Below, in pieces: positions 39,770 through 48,994 of a stretch of DNA of 64,000 nucleotides; the stretch's first letter is position 1, and each line of letters starts with the position of its first letter. The notes beneath the pieces were generated by a model. The model ran no database searches, had not been told where the DNA came from, and saw only the letters and a list, made by a program, of their open reading frames with translations. The translations under genes and the position numbers were made by a program. The stretch comes from Candidatus Bilamarchaeaceae archaeon. Lineage in GTDB: Archaea; Micrarchaeota; Micrarchaeia; Anstonellales; Bilamarchaeaceae. The stretch lies in assembly GCA_038851325.1 (NCBI GenBank), contig JAWCKZ010000004.1, positions 1 to 64,000 on the forward strand. The letters are read 5' to 3'.

Positions 39770-40308
39770 GTTGCTTCTGTCAAAGATTGCTCTTTGGAGT
39801 TTTGCTTTTGGGAGCGCTTTTCTTTTATGGATGTTTAGCCCAACAAGGCATGCCTCCTGTGGAAAATGAAACTCCAGTGTTTAATGAAACACCATCTAAC
39901 AACGAGACAGAAAGTTCCGGCACCCCATATTGTAGCGCACTTGGAACGCGAAGTGAGGGGTGGTACATCAAAGGCAGATTGATTAAATATGCCAATTGCA
40001 CTGGATGCACTGCTAGGTGTGAAGCCATAGGCACTCGCTCAGAAGGTTGGTATAGCTCTTGCGACGGTTCTCTGATTATGTGGGAGCAGTGTGCAGGAAC
40101 ACATCTGCCAGAAAGATTCTGCGGATGGTCTACTTATGGCTCCTGCTCTTCTGATTCTGATTGCAAAGTTGGCGGCTGCTCCGGACAGGTCTGCCAATCA
40201 AAATACGAAGAGTCTGTTATCACAACATGTGAATATCGAGAGTGCTACAATGCACGGGCATACGACCTGAGTTGCAAATGTATTGCCGGGCGGTGTCAGT
40301 GGAACTGA
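39766..40308 (+). CDS. secreted eight-cysteine-cluster domain protein
   Basis: Leader ending YGC; FCGWSTYGSC..DSDC..GGCSGQVC...TTCEY..CY...C.C...CQW. Confidence 0.8.
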   Translation: MSCFCQRLLFGVLLLGALFFYGCLAQQGMPPVENETPVFNETPSNNETESSGTPYCSALGTRSEGWYIKGRLIKYANCTGCTARCEAIGTRSEGWYSSCDGSLIMWEQCAGTHLPERFCGWSTYGSCSSDSDCKVGGCSGQVCQSKYEESVITTCEYRECYNARAYDLSCKCIAGRCQWN

Positions 40309-40338
40309 TTTTATTCCTTTTCCTCCTTAATTTTTCTG

Positions 40339-41319
40339 ATGGTTGAAAAGCAGATGTGCGAAAATGACCTGAGCAACGAGGTACCAAAAGGCAAAAAATG
40401 TTCTCTGTGCAGCGGCTCTGCAGTCATCTTCCTGCCTTATGCCGACAAATATATGTGCAGAAAGCATTTTGTGCGGCATTTTGAGAAACGCTTCTTTGAA
40501 ACAGTGCGCGAATTTGGGATGGTGAAGAAGGGCGAAACAGTTGCCCTTGGGCTTTCAGGTGGAAAGGACAGCACCACTCTTCTTTACATGCTGAGGAAAT
40601 TAAAAACCAAGCTTCCATTCGACATCATTGCAATCACAATTGATCTTGGTATAGACTGCGAATATAACAAAAAAATAATACAGATAGCCGCAGAAACATG
40701 CAAACAGTTGGGAATTCGGCATTATATATTCCCATTAAAAAATGCTATCGGATACACCATCGATGAGCTTGTTGTAAAAACCGGTACGCGCAATCCATGC
40801 AGCGAGTGCGGGATTGTTCGACGTTATCTACTCAACAGGTACGCACGTGAACTTGGGGCGAATAAGCTTGCAATAGCTCACACGCTCAACGACACGGCTG
40901 AAACAGTTCTTATGAATATCCTGAGAAATGAACCGCTGAGGCTCTTTAGATACAACGAACACCTGATATCTAATGAACGGTTTGTTCCAAGAATAAAACC
41001 ATTTTTGAAATCTCCTGAAAGCGAAGTAGTCACTTACGGACGACTGAAAGGGCTTCAACTGCTTGAGAAAAAATGCTGCCCTTATTCCATCTACGCATTT
41101 AGAAAATTTATTAGGAAACAACTCGCTGAAATAGAGCAAAAGTACCCCGGTTCCATGTTTAAGATAGTTAATAGCTTTCTAAAACTACAGAAGATGTTCA
41201 AAAAGGAAAACACAATGAAATTGAGTATAAATCAGTGCAAAATCTGTGGAGAACCATGCGGAGGGGATGGGTGTAAATTTTGCCAACTTCTCGGTAGGCT
41301 CAATGACCAAACTAGGTGA
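40339..41319 (+). CDS. tRNA 2-thiolation enzyme, TtuA/Ncs6 family
   Basis: SGGKDS PP-loop, CSECG..RR, terminal Zn fingers. Confidence 0.9.
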   Translation: MVEKQMCENDLSNEVPKGKKCSLCSGSAVIFLPYADKYMCRKHFVRHFEKRFFETVREFGMVKKGETVALGLSGGKDSTTLLYMLRKLKTKLPFDIIAITIDLGIDCEYNKKIIQIAAETCKQLGIRHYIFPLKNAIGYTIDELVVKTGTRNPCSECGIVRRYLLNRYARELGANKLAIAHTLNDTAETVLMNILRNEPLRLFRYNEHLISNERFVPRIKPFLKSPESEVVTYGRLKGLQLLEKKCCPYSIYAFRKFIRKQLAEIEQKYPGSMFKIVNSFLKLQKMFKKENTMKLSINQCKICGEPCGGDGCKFCQLLGRLNDQTR

Positions 41320-41331
41320 TCAAAATAGGGC

Positions 41332-42210
41332 CTAAAGGTGCATGCGCTCGATTCGGACAACAATTCCCCTTCTTCTGCTCAGAATCTCATCCCGCCCAAA
41401 TAGCGCCTTTCCCATACCGACGAACATTCCCGACTCTGAATAGAGCGCAACTATTTCGTTTTTCTCTATATCTTTCTCAACATCTTTCACCCCCGGGGCC
41501 ATCAGCTGAGCACCGCTTTTTATGCTTTTGACAGCACTCTCACGCACGATTATCTTTCTTGCATCGATATAATCCTCGGGCTTTTTTATCAGCTCGAGCA
41601 GGGTTTCAGGTTTTCCTTTTTTATAAAGCCAAATTGCGTCTATAAGATCCTGAAGCGTCACCGCCTCGTTCTCCGTTATCCTTCCAACTGCTATTCTACG
41701 TAGCTCCTCCATCCGTGCCCCGCCGCATTTTTTTCCAATATCCTCGCAAAGCGTTCGGATGTACGTTCCTGCTTCCACCTCTACAGCAAACAGCACAAGA
41801 TTATCCTTTCTCTCCAAAAAATCAAAATAGTAAACGGTTCGTTTTCGTGGAACTTTTCTTACGGCGCTTTCTTTTGGTGGCGTTTGTGTTATTACGCCTG
41901 TGAATTCCTTAAAAAGCTCTTTTATTCGCTCGTTTGTTATGCTCCTATCTTTGAATTTTATAATGCCGACATACTTTTTTCGTTTTCCTGCTATGTAACC
42001 AATAAGCTTTGTCGCCTTGCCGATTGCAACTGGAAGGACCCCTGAAACCTCGGGATCAAGCGTTCCTGCATGTCCCGCCCGCTTTGCACCCAACAACTTT
42101 TTAACAAATGCTGTTATACCGTGGCTTACATGGCCACATGGTTTATCTATTATGATCAGCCCGTCTCCTATCATATCCCTCGCTCTTACGCATTGTATTT
42201 CACTCGACAA
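41332..42210 (-). CDS. cbf5: RNA-guided pseudouridine synthase Cbf5
   Basis: IDKP, GHAGTLDP.VSGVL, Q.PP..SAV, GTYIR, PUA domain. Confidence 0.95.
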   Translation of the reverse strand: MSSEIQCVRARDMIGDGLIIIDKPCGHVSHGITAFVKKLLGAKRAGHAGTLDPEVSGVLPVAIGKATKLIGYIAGKRKKYVGIIKFKDRSITNERIKELFKEFTGVITQTPPKESAVRKVPRKRTVYYFDFLERKDNLVLFAVEVEAGTYIRTLCEDIGKKCGGARMEELRRIAVGRITENEAVTLQDLIDAIWLYKKGKPETLLELIKKPEDYIDARKIIVRESAVKSIKSGAQLMAPGVKDVEKDIEKNEIVALYSESGMFVGMGKALFGRDEILSRRRGIVVRIERMHL

Positions 42211-42355
42211 GTTTCAGATGACGAATTGCATATTTTCTTTCTTTACCTTTTGAGTCTGTTGCGAGTACATATGGTTCTATTACCTTCTTGACTGTGACCC
42301 TTTCCCCCTTCCGTCTTCCACATATCAATTCGCAAACACTTCCTCCTTTTATCAT
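42200..42355 (-). CDS. rpl14e: 50S ribosomal protein eL14 (short form)
   Basis: MIKGGSVCELICGRRKGERVTVKKVIEPYVL...RHL; lies between cmk and cbf5, the usual eL14 position. Confidence 0.75.
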   Translation of the reverse strand: MIKGGSVCELICGRRKGERVTVKKVIEPYVLATDSKGKERKYAIRHLKLVE

Positions 42356-42360
42356 ACAAA

Positions 42361-42897
42361 TCACCTGGTTTCCACGCAATTGCTTTTTCTCTGTTTCATT
42401 TTTATAATTTTAAGCGAATCCTTAAGAAGCTCTTCTGGCGGCTTTTTCCCGTCTAGCACAGCATCAAATATACTCTCATCAGTTATATCTATCTTATAAA
42501 GAGAAAAATAACGCTTTCTGTTGCTCTCATCACGTTCTCTTACATGTTCTAGAGCGTCTTTAATCGACATTCCATCTCTTTTAGCTATTCTCTGAGCTCT
42601 TATTTCTAAAGGCACGTTTATCTTTATCTTTACGTCCGCGTTAACGATCCATGGTCCGAGCCAGGTAGTCACAACACAGTCTCCCTTCGTTGCCTCTTCC
42701 CTGAGCAAGCTGTCAAATTTTAAGTCTATGCTTTTGTCCTTCTCTGCTCTTCTCTGAAGATCCATGAGTGAAATGCCCTCTTTCGCAGCAAGGTCTTTGA
42801 ATGTTGGGCAGACAAGACGGTAACCAAGGCGTTTTGCGATCAGCGCACCCAGCGTGTTTTTTCCTGCCCCTGTTAGACCCCAAACAGCAATTATCAT
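42361..42897 (-). CDS. cmk: cytidylate kinase (archaeal)
   Basis: GLTGAGKNT P-loop; RAQRIAKRD; RY..LYKID; gene context. Confidence 0.9.
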   Translation of the reverse strand: MIIAVWGLTGAGKNTLGALIAKRLGYRLVCPTFKDLAAKEGISLMDLQRRAEKDKSIDLKFDSLLREEATKGDCVVTTWLGPWIVNADVKIKINVPLEIRAQRIAKRDGMSIKDALEHVRERDESNRKRYFSLYKIDITDESIFDAVLDGKKPPEELLKDSLKIIKMKQRKSNCVETR

Positions 42898-42901
42898 CCT
42901 C

Positions 42902-43702
42902 TCACTTCTTTATTCTTCCAAGAATAAATGAATAGCTAAGACCAAAAATCAAAGAAATGAATATGAACCACCAATATGGTTGGTATATTGTTTTTACATT
43001 TACCATAGGAAGAGTAAACGGGAGCTCAACCTTAAACTCAGTTCCATTGTTTATGACCACTGCAACATCATGCGCATTTTGCGGTGGCTTTGCAGTTATC
43101 CTAACCGTTTCTCCCTCTCCGTAAACATCTTTGTCCGTTGCTATCTCCATGTTTGCATTCGTCCTATCCACGTAGGCCTCTGTAGTTCTCTCGCCGTAAT
43201 AGAAGAAGGTTGCATTTCTACCAACCTCTGTGCCGCCATTTAGCGCTCTTACTACAGCGATCCATTTTCCATAATTCGCACCGCTTATATTAAAGCAAGC
43301 AGTGTATATACCATCGCCAGCCCTCTCATCACAGTTGCTACCATCATCTTTCATTTGTAGTTTTATGTCATCACTCGTGCTCGGATCAAAATGATTAACA
43401 ACATATGTAAACAGACCAAAGATCACGAGAATAATGATCATTGGTTTAAACTGATTGAACATCATCTTGTTCATCCTTGGCAATAGCGCCATCTGCTCGC
43501 TCATAATCTTGTCCATTCTTGCTCTGTCTGATTTTTCGGCTGCTTCCTTGTACTCCTTACTTAGTCGCTTCGATTCCTTCTGAATATCCTCTATTTCCCT
43601 TCTATCTATCATTCTATTTTGGACCTCTCGCGCAATGATGCTATAGATAATAGCAGCTGCCGCAACAAGGTAAATATAGAAGGATAAGTCCATAATAATC
43701 AT
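42902..43702 (-). CDS. EMC3/TMCO1 (DUF106, Oxa1 superfamily) membrane protein with an inserted domain
   Basis: TM1, coiled coil, QFKPM, TM2, insert, LPF..P, WWFI. Confidence 0.85.
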   Translation of the reverse strand: MIIMDLSFYIYLVAAAAIIYSIIAREVQNRMIDRREIEDIQKESKRLSKEYKEAAEKSDRARMDKIMSEQMALLPRMNKMMFNQFKPMIIILVIFGLFTYVVNHFDPSTSDDIKLQMKDDGSNCDERAGDGIYTACFNISGANYGKWIAVVRALNGGTEVGRNATFFYYGERTTEAYVDRTNANMEIATDKDVYGEGETVRITAKPPQNAHDVAVVINNGTEFKVELPFTLPMVNVKTIYQPYWWFIFISLIFGLSYSFILGRIKK

Positions 43703-43755
43703 TAAAACGAGAGATTTTATAAATGCTCTTTAACCATCGCGAGCAGGGATAAAAA

Positions 43756-44400
43756 CTATTCTTTTTTATAACGCTCGAACGGTCCTTTTGCTTCCTTTAC
43801 TATTCCTTCTATTTCTGGTTCTGCAACTTCTTCTTTTTTTATACCCTCGCTCTTTGGCTTTTTTCCAAATTTCTTTTTCTTCTTTATAGCAACTATCTCT
43901 CCTGCCCTCTCTCTTTTTTTAAGACCAAGCATCTCAAGAATACTATCTATAATTCTCTGTAAGAGCGACTTCTTTTTTTCTATTGTAACGCGATATGATG
44001 CGGCCATGGGTCCTCCGCTAACCAATCCCCATTTTCTCTGTTCTTCACCAAGGCAGGATGCGCAAAGCATTCTATTGTTCCACATGTAAAGCCGCTCTGT
44101 TTCTCTCCCGCAGCGTTCGCATCCCTTGCGGTATCTTAGTTGCGGCGCATGCAGTTCTTCTTTTTTTCGCGGTTTATATTCTTCCTTTTTCTTTTCTGCT
44201 TCTCTTAGTTCTACAAGACAGTAAGGGCATACCCACTGCCCCTTATACTGTTGGAGTTCTGAAAGCGGAATATACATCTGGCATCTCCAACACTGTTTCA
44301 TTCTTCCATAAAACACACAAGAGCTGCAATACGGAAGCCCGTCACTTCCGTATTCTATCTCCCCTCTTTTTCCACAGCGCGAACAAACTCCGATAGCCAT
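43756..44400 (-). CDS. multi-zinc-finger hypothetical protein
   Basis: Six CxxC motifs; Lys/Glu-rich tail. Confidence 0.75.
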   Translation of the reverse strand: MAIGVCSRCGKRGEIEYGSDGLPYCSSCVFYGRMKQCWRCQMYIPLSELQQYKGQWVCPYCLVELREAEKKKEEYKPRKKEELHAPQLRYRKGCERCGRETERLYMWNNRMLCASCLGEEQRKWGLVSGGPMAASYRVTIEKKKSLLQRIIDSILEMLGLKKRERAGEIVAIKKKKKFGKKPKSEGIKKEEVAEPEIEGIVKEAKGPFERYKKE

Positions 44401-44420
44401 TTTATCGCTTTTTTAATTTT

Positions 44421-45758
44421 TTACTTTATAGGTAAGTTATGCACTATTGCCTTTCTTACCTCACTTTCAAGGTAAAAGGTGTACAACTCTCTATTTATTT
44501 TTAGTGTATAAGACTTTTTTAGTGAAAAAGGAGGGTTTCTCAAAGCCTCGACTGCTTTCTTTGTTAGCTCATCTATAGTTTTTCCTCGATTCTCATCAGC
44601 AAGCTCATTTTTTGTTACGCGTATGTTTATCGTTATGTCTCGCCCAGGGCCTTCATCACCCCATTTTGATGAAGGAACTACCGCCTCAGCCATCCTGATA
44701 TTTTTCTCATCAGATTCTTTTTCTGCGGAGTTGGTAAAAACAGTAACAGTAATAGTCTCCCTTTTTTCTTCCTTTTTTTCTTCCTCAAGTTTCATACCAG
44801 GTACCCTAACCCTTCTCTCTTCCAACCCGGGAATTTCCAGAGGCTGTTCGGGTGGTGCCGGCTTTTCCTTCGGAGCGGTCACCTTCTCCTCAATTTCTTT
44901 AATGTTATCCTTAAGATTTTTAACATCTTCTCGTGTAACAACACCTCCTTCTGCAAGTTGCTTGTATCCCTCAAGAAGCTTTGCGAGCTTTTTTGTATCT
45001 TCTGTACTTTCTGTCTTATTGATCACTTCGATGGATTTTTTAACAGCAGCAAGAAATTCTTCAACGTCCTCTGGAAGAAGATAGCCATCTTTTGTGGATT
45101 TAGCTTTTTCTAATTCCTTTACTTTCTTCATGGCGATTTCAGCATCGATCTTTGTAGCATATTTCTCAAAGGTTTTTTTGTTTCCATACGTAAGCTTTCT
45201 CTCCTCATACAATCTTTCAACAGCATCAAAAACATACTTATACTTGTACCAAAGTGTTTTGTACTTTTTAACCTCTTCTTTGTATTTCCCAACCTTCTTC
45301 ATGAATTCATCGATTTCTTTTTGCTTTAAGTATTTTTTTGGCTCAAGGATAAGAAACGGAACACCTTTCTCTATTCCGGTGAATGGCCATTGTTTTGGTT
45401 TTGCTTCATAGCTTGTCATGATTGAGCGAATAGTTTTTTCTGCTTCTGCAGCGCTCGATATCTTGTCTGCTTCATATAATGCCTTTATTATTATATCGAT
45501 TCGTACACTGCCGTCTTTTTCCACTAAGTATTTCATCACAAAATCCTTTGAAAGGGTGAGCACATTCCACATTTCCGTAAACAAAAGTTTGTCTGGATCG
45601 TATATCATTGTTTTCCAAACAAGCCTAACATCGCTCAGAAGAACGCCGTTTTTTATGGTAGCGGAGGTTTTTACATTTTTAGGAAGGCGCGCATATCTTT
45701 CCAGCGATATCTCTTCAGCTTTCTTTATCTCCTTTTCTTTTTGTTTCGCATAACCCAT
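44421..45758 (-). CDS. Lys/Glu-rich hypothetical protein
   Basis: 445-aa ORF, coiled-coil-like composition. Confidence 0.7.
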   Translation of the reverse strand: MGYAKQKEKEIKKAEEISLERYARLPKNVKTSATIKNGVLLSDVRLVWKTMIYDPDKLLFTEMWNVLTLSKDFVMKYLVEKDGSVRIDIIIKALYEADKISSAAEAEKTIRSIMTSYEAKPKQWPFTGIEKGVPFLILEPKKYLKQKEIDEFMKKVGKYKEEVKKYKTLWYKYKYVFDAVERLYEERKLTYGNKKTFEKYATKIDAEIAMKKVKELEKAKSTKDGYLLPEDVEEFLAAVKKSIEVINKTESTEDTKKLAKLLEGYKQLAEGGVVTREDVKNLKDNIKEIEEKVTAPKEKPAPPEQPLEIPGLEERRVRVPGMKLEEEKKEEKRETITVTVFTNSAEKESDEKNIRMAEAVVPSSKWGDEGPGRDITINIRVTKNELADENRGKTIDELTKKAVEALRNPPFSLKKSYTLKINRELYTFYLESEVRKAIVHNLPIK

Positions 45759-45811
45759 AAAATCAACCTTTCAAGTAAATAAGTAGTACTGAAAAAGCCT
45801 TTAAATATGAT

Positions 45812-46372
45812 ATGTTTAATGTAATGTTCATGGGGGGTTTTGATTACGCTGCACTTAGAGAAATGCAACGTCAGGAATTGTCCTCTCCGCGTTTAGCAGC
45901 ACTGGATGAAAACTTTTATACTCAGATAGCACTATTTCTTTCAGAAAAGAAAAATGAGGCGCTCTCCTCAAATTCCATGCTAAAAGTTCGTGAATATGAA
46001 AACTTACAGAGAATAATCGCCTCTATAAAGGAAAAACGAGAGGAAAAAATCCTTTTAATGGCACTTCGAGGAGAAAAAATAAATGGGAGTGCAACGCCCG
46101 AAGAACTAACACTGTTTAACAATCTAGTGAATGCCCTAAAAGAGTTCAGAGAAAAAATAACTGGAACCATCAAAGTGATATCATCGGACGCAACACACGA
46201 AAAGAATGAACAAAAGGATGGACTTATGGTAAGGATTATAAAGGACATAGAGGCATATAAAGGTTTGGACGGAAATGTGTACGGACCGTTTAAGGCTGAC
46301 ACCGTAATTTCCCTTCCAAGAGCCGAGGTGGAATGGCTCGTAAAGGCAAAAATGGCTGAAATTTCGAGGTGA
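45812..46372 (+). CDS. DNA replication complex GINS subunit (Gins15/51-like)
   Basis: L.ENFY, REEKI..MA, TPEE, G.DG.VYGPF; upstream of rpl44e. Confidence 0.85.
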   Translation: MFNVMFMGGFDYAALREMQRQELSSPRLAALDENFYTQIALFLSEKKNEALSSNSMLKVREYENLQRIIASIKEKREEKILLMALRGEKINGSATPEELTLFNNLVNALKEFREKITGTIKVISSDATHEKNEQKDGLMVRIIKDIEAYKGLDGNVYGPFKADTVISLPRAEVEWLVKAKMAEISR

Positions 46373-46377
46373 TTATC

Positions 46378-46662
46378 ATGAAGTTTCCAAAAGAGATTAC
46401 AGGATTTTGTCCATTCTGTAGGACGCATCAGGTTCATAAGGTAAAGCTTGCGAGCAAGGGGAGCAGCAGAAGCCTGGCGAGAGGAAATAGAGCATTTGAG
46501 AGAAAGCTTCTTGGTCACGGCGGGAAAAGAGCAGGAAAGAAATCAGTTAAGAAACAGGGAAAAAGACAGAAAGTTATTCTCCAATGCCAAAACTGCAAGA
46601 AGAAGCACCAGAGGGTGGTGGGGGCAACCAGGACAACCAAAAAACTTGAGTTAAAGATGTAG
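46378..46662 (+). CDS. rpl44e: 50S ribosomal protein L44e (eL42)
   Basis: MKFPK...CPFC..H..HKV; GHGG; CQNC. Confidence 0.95.
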   Translation: MKFPKEITGFCPFCRTHQVHKVKLASKGSSRSLARGNRAFERKLLGHGGKRAGKKSVKKQGKRQKVILQCQNCKKKHQRVVGATRTTKKLELKM

Positions 46663-46670
46663 GTGTTTTT

Positions 46671-46835
46671 ATGGCTTCTAAGTTTCTTAGGGTAAAATGC
46701 AAATGCGGAACAGAACGTGTTGTTTTTAACAAATCAACTACGGAGATAAAATGCGACAAATGCGGAACGGTTTTAGTTAGTCAAACAGGAGGAAAGGCCG
46801 TGATACATGGAGATATCTTAGAGGAGCTTGGCTAG
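46671..46835 (+). CDS. rps27e: 30S ribosomal protein S27e
   Basis: MASKFLRVKCKCG...VF...CDKCG..L...TGGKA; missed by the ORF track. Confidence 0.95.
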   Translation: MASKFLRVKCKCGTERVVFNKSTTEIKCDKCGTVLVSQTGGKAVIHGDILEELG

Positions 46836-46850
46836 AATCGCAATTAAAAG

Positions 46851-47639
46851 TTGGACATAAACGGTGGTTTATTGGAATTCCCGGAGGAGAACGAACTCGT
46901 TATAGCAGTTATCAAAAAAATAGTTCCTTATGGCGCTTTTTGTACACTTTTGGAGTATGGAAATCTCGAGGCTTTTCTTCACATATCTGAGATTGCCCCC
47001 AGATGGATAAAGAATATCCATGAGTTTGTATCAGAAGGGCAACGAGTCGTTGCAAAGGTGCATCACGTTGATAAAGAAAAAAGGCAAGTTGACATCTCAC
47101 TTAAAAGAGTTACTGAGGAGGAGAAAAGGAAAAAACTTGAGCAGGTAAATTTTGAGCGACGCGCTGAAAGGCTTATAGAGGTTGCAATATCAGGAATTCG
47201 CGGAAAAAAGCCCGCGCTTGATGAAATAAAGAAAAAAATTGTAGAAGAGTATGGTGCACTCTACCCTATCTTAAAAGAGGTCGCTGAAAAAGGCGAGGAA
47301 CCTTTAGAAGCGCTTGGGTTCTCAAAACAGTTCCAGACAAAACTTGTTGAGGTTGTAAGAAAGAACATAAAAAAGCCAACAGTCACAACATCTGGTATAA
47401 TAACACTAATCTGCTATGGTGGAAATGGAATATCTCTTATAAAGAACGCGCTTGGTAGCATTAGAAAAGAAGATGGTGTGGATGTACTTTATCTCGGAGC
47501 ACCACGCTATAAAATCGTCGTAATTGCAGAGGATTACAAAGCAGGGGAGAAAAAACTTACAAATGCCGTAAAGCTTGTTGAAGATTTTGCAAAAAAACAT
47601 GGCTGCCACTTTGAATTCAAAAAAGAGGAATCCGGATGA
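46851..47639 (+). CDS. eif2a: translation initiation factor 2 alpha subunit
   Basis: FPEENELVI, S1 domain with DISLKRV, YLGAPRY. Confidence 0.95.
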   Translation: MDINGGLLEFPEENELVIAVIKKIVPYGAFCTLLEYGNLEAFLHISEIAPRWIKNIHEFVSEGQRVVAKVHHVDKEKRQVDISLKRVTEEEKRKKLEQVNFERRAERLIEVAISGIRGKKPALDEIKKKIVEEYGALYPILKEVAEKGEEPLEALGFSKQFQTKLVEVVRKNIKKPTVTTSGIITLICYGGNGISLIKNALGSIRKEDGVDVLYLGAPRYKIVVIAEDYKAGEKKLTNAVKLVEDFAKKHGCHFEFKKEESG

Positions 47640-47788
47640 AAAAAATGATGCGTTGCGCTCTCTGCGGTGCCTACACCCTTTCCGATCTTCATTGCGGCAG
47701 CAGGACGGTTTCAGCCCATCCGCCACTCTTCAATCCAACTGATCCTTATGGAAAGTATAGAAGGGCGTTCAAGGGTGTTTCGCCATGA
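47636..47788 (+). CDS. nop10: H/ACA RNP protein Nop10
   Basis: CALCG.YTL...CG....AHPP.F.P.DPYGKYR; missed by the ORF track. Confidence 0.93.
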   Translation: MKKMMRCALCGAYTLSDLHCGSRTVSAHPPLFNPTDPYGKYRRAFKGVSP

Positions 47789-48552
47789 AGGAAACAATGA
47801 TATTTGAACAAAAAAAGATAAAACGAAAGTTAAGAAACCCGATACTTCTTATCGGCTTGCCCGGCATTGGCCTAATAGGTCAAGTCGTAGGCAAATACAT
47901 AGTAAAGGAACTTAACGCAAAACAAATCGCTGTTCTTTTCTCACCCTACTTCCCTCACCAAGTGTTAATGTCAAGAAAGGGCACAATGCGACTTATAAAA
48001 AACGCATTTTATATGTACAACGCAAAGAAGTTCGACCTCATTATCCTCGTTGGTGATATTCAGGCGATGAGCTCTGTTGGCCAATATGAAGTTGCTGGAA
48101 AAATACTCGATTACGCAAAGAAGCTTGGCGTGAAGAAAATAATAGCCGTTGGTGGCTACAGCACGGGGGTAGTAACCGAGAAAAGACGAATATTCGGCGT
48201 GGTAACCGCTCCGGAGGAAATTAACGAACTTAAAAAGATGGGTGTAGTTTTTGGGGAGGCAAAGGGTTCGATAGTCGGATCTGCTGGTCTTATTCCAGCA
48301 CTCGGCGCACTCAGAGGAATAAAAGGGATATGCCTCCTAGGCGAAACACATGGCGGTTATGTTGATACAATCACGGCAAAAGAGGTTGTGGCTCTTCTCT
48401 CTACCTATCTTGGAATAGAGATAAACCTAAAGAAAATAGATGAACGGGCGAAAAAGAGCGAGAAGATAATAAAGCGTCTTGAGGAAGAGATAAAAAGGAA
48501 CATAGAGACCTCTTTTGGCCAAGAGCCATCAAAGATCTCCTATATAAGGTGA
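47785..48552 (+). CDS. proteasome assembly chaperone (PAC2) family protein
   Basis: GLPGIGLIG, FPHQV, GDIQ, CLLGET; conserved context after nop10. Confidence 0.9.
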   Translation: MKETMIFEQKKIKRKLRNPILLIGLPGIGLIGQVVGKYIVKELNAKQIAVLFSPYFPHQVLMSRKGTMRLIKNAFYMYNAKKFDLIILVGDIQAMSSVGQYEVAGKILDYAKKLGVKKIIAVGGYSTGVVTEKRRIFGVVTAPEEINELKKMGVVFGEAKGSIVGSAGLIPALGALRGIKGICLLGETHGGYVDTITAKEVVALLSTYLGIEINLKKIDERAKKSEKIIKRLEEEIKRNIETSFGQEPSKISYIR

Positions 48553-48558
48553 GGTCTC

Positions 48559-48993
48559 TTGAGCAAATATAGATACCCCAGAAGAAAGTTGAAAAGGAGA
48601 TTGCTCGGACAGGTAACCATAGAGTACATGGTGCTCTCTTTAGTTGTACTGGCAATTTTGGCTGTTGCTGTGACAACACTAATCCAGATTCAAAACTCCT
48701 CTTCGAAGGCGCTTAACAATATCGTGTTCAGAAAGTCTGCGCTCGATCTTCACGGCACGGTTGAAGAGGTGTGTGCGCTTGGTGAAGGGAACCAGAGGGA
48801 AGTCTTCGTCTCTCGTAGCATGGAGGTTGAAAAAAACGCTAAAGAACTGAAATTTAAAAATGACACGATAGGAGAGATGTCGCTCGGGCTTATTTGCCCA
48901 ATTGACATAGAGGTGGATAATCCGCTTTATGGAAACGTTTTGGTTATACACGAAGGAGATAAAATAAACATTAACAATATTCAAGGAGGATAA
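48559..48993 (+). CDS. class III signal peptide (pilin-like) protein
   Basis: Basic N-terminus, G|QVTIEY cleavage motif, hydrophobic helix. Confidence 0.8.
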   Translation: MSKYRYPRRKLKRRLLGQVTIEYMVLSLVVLAILAVAVTTLIQIQNSSSKALNNIVFRKSALDLHGTVEEVCALGEGNQREVFVSRSMEVEKNAKELKFKNDTIGEMSLGLICPIDIEVDNPLYGNVLVIHEGDKININNIQGG

Positions 48994-48994
48994 C

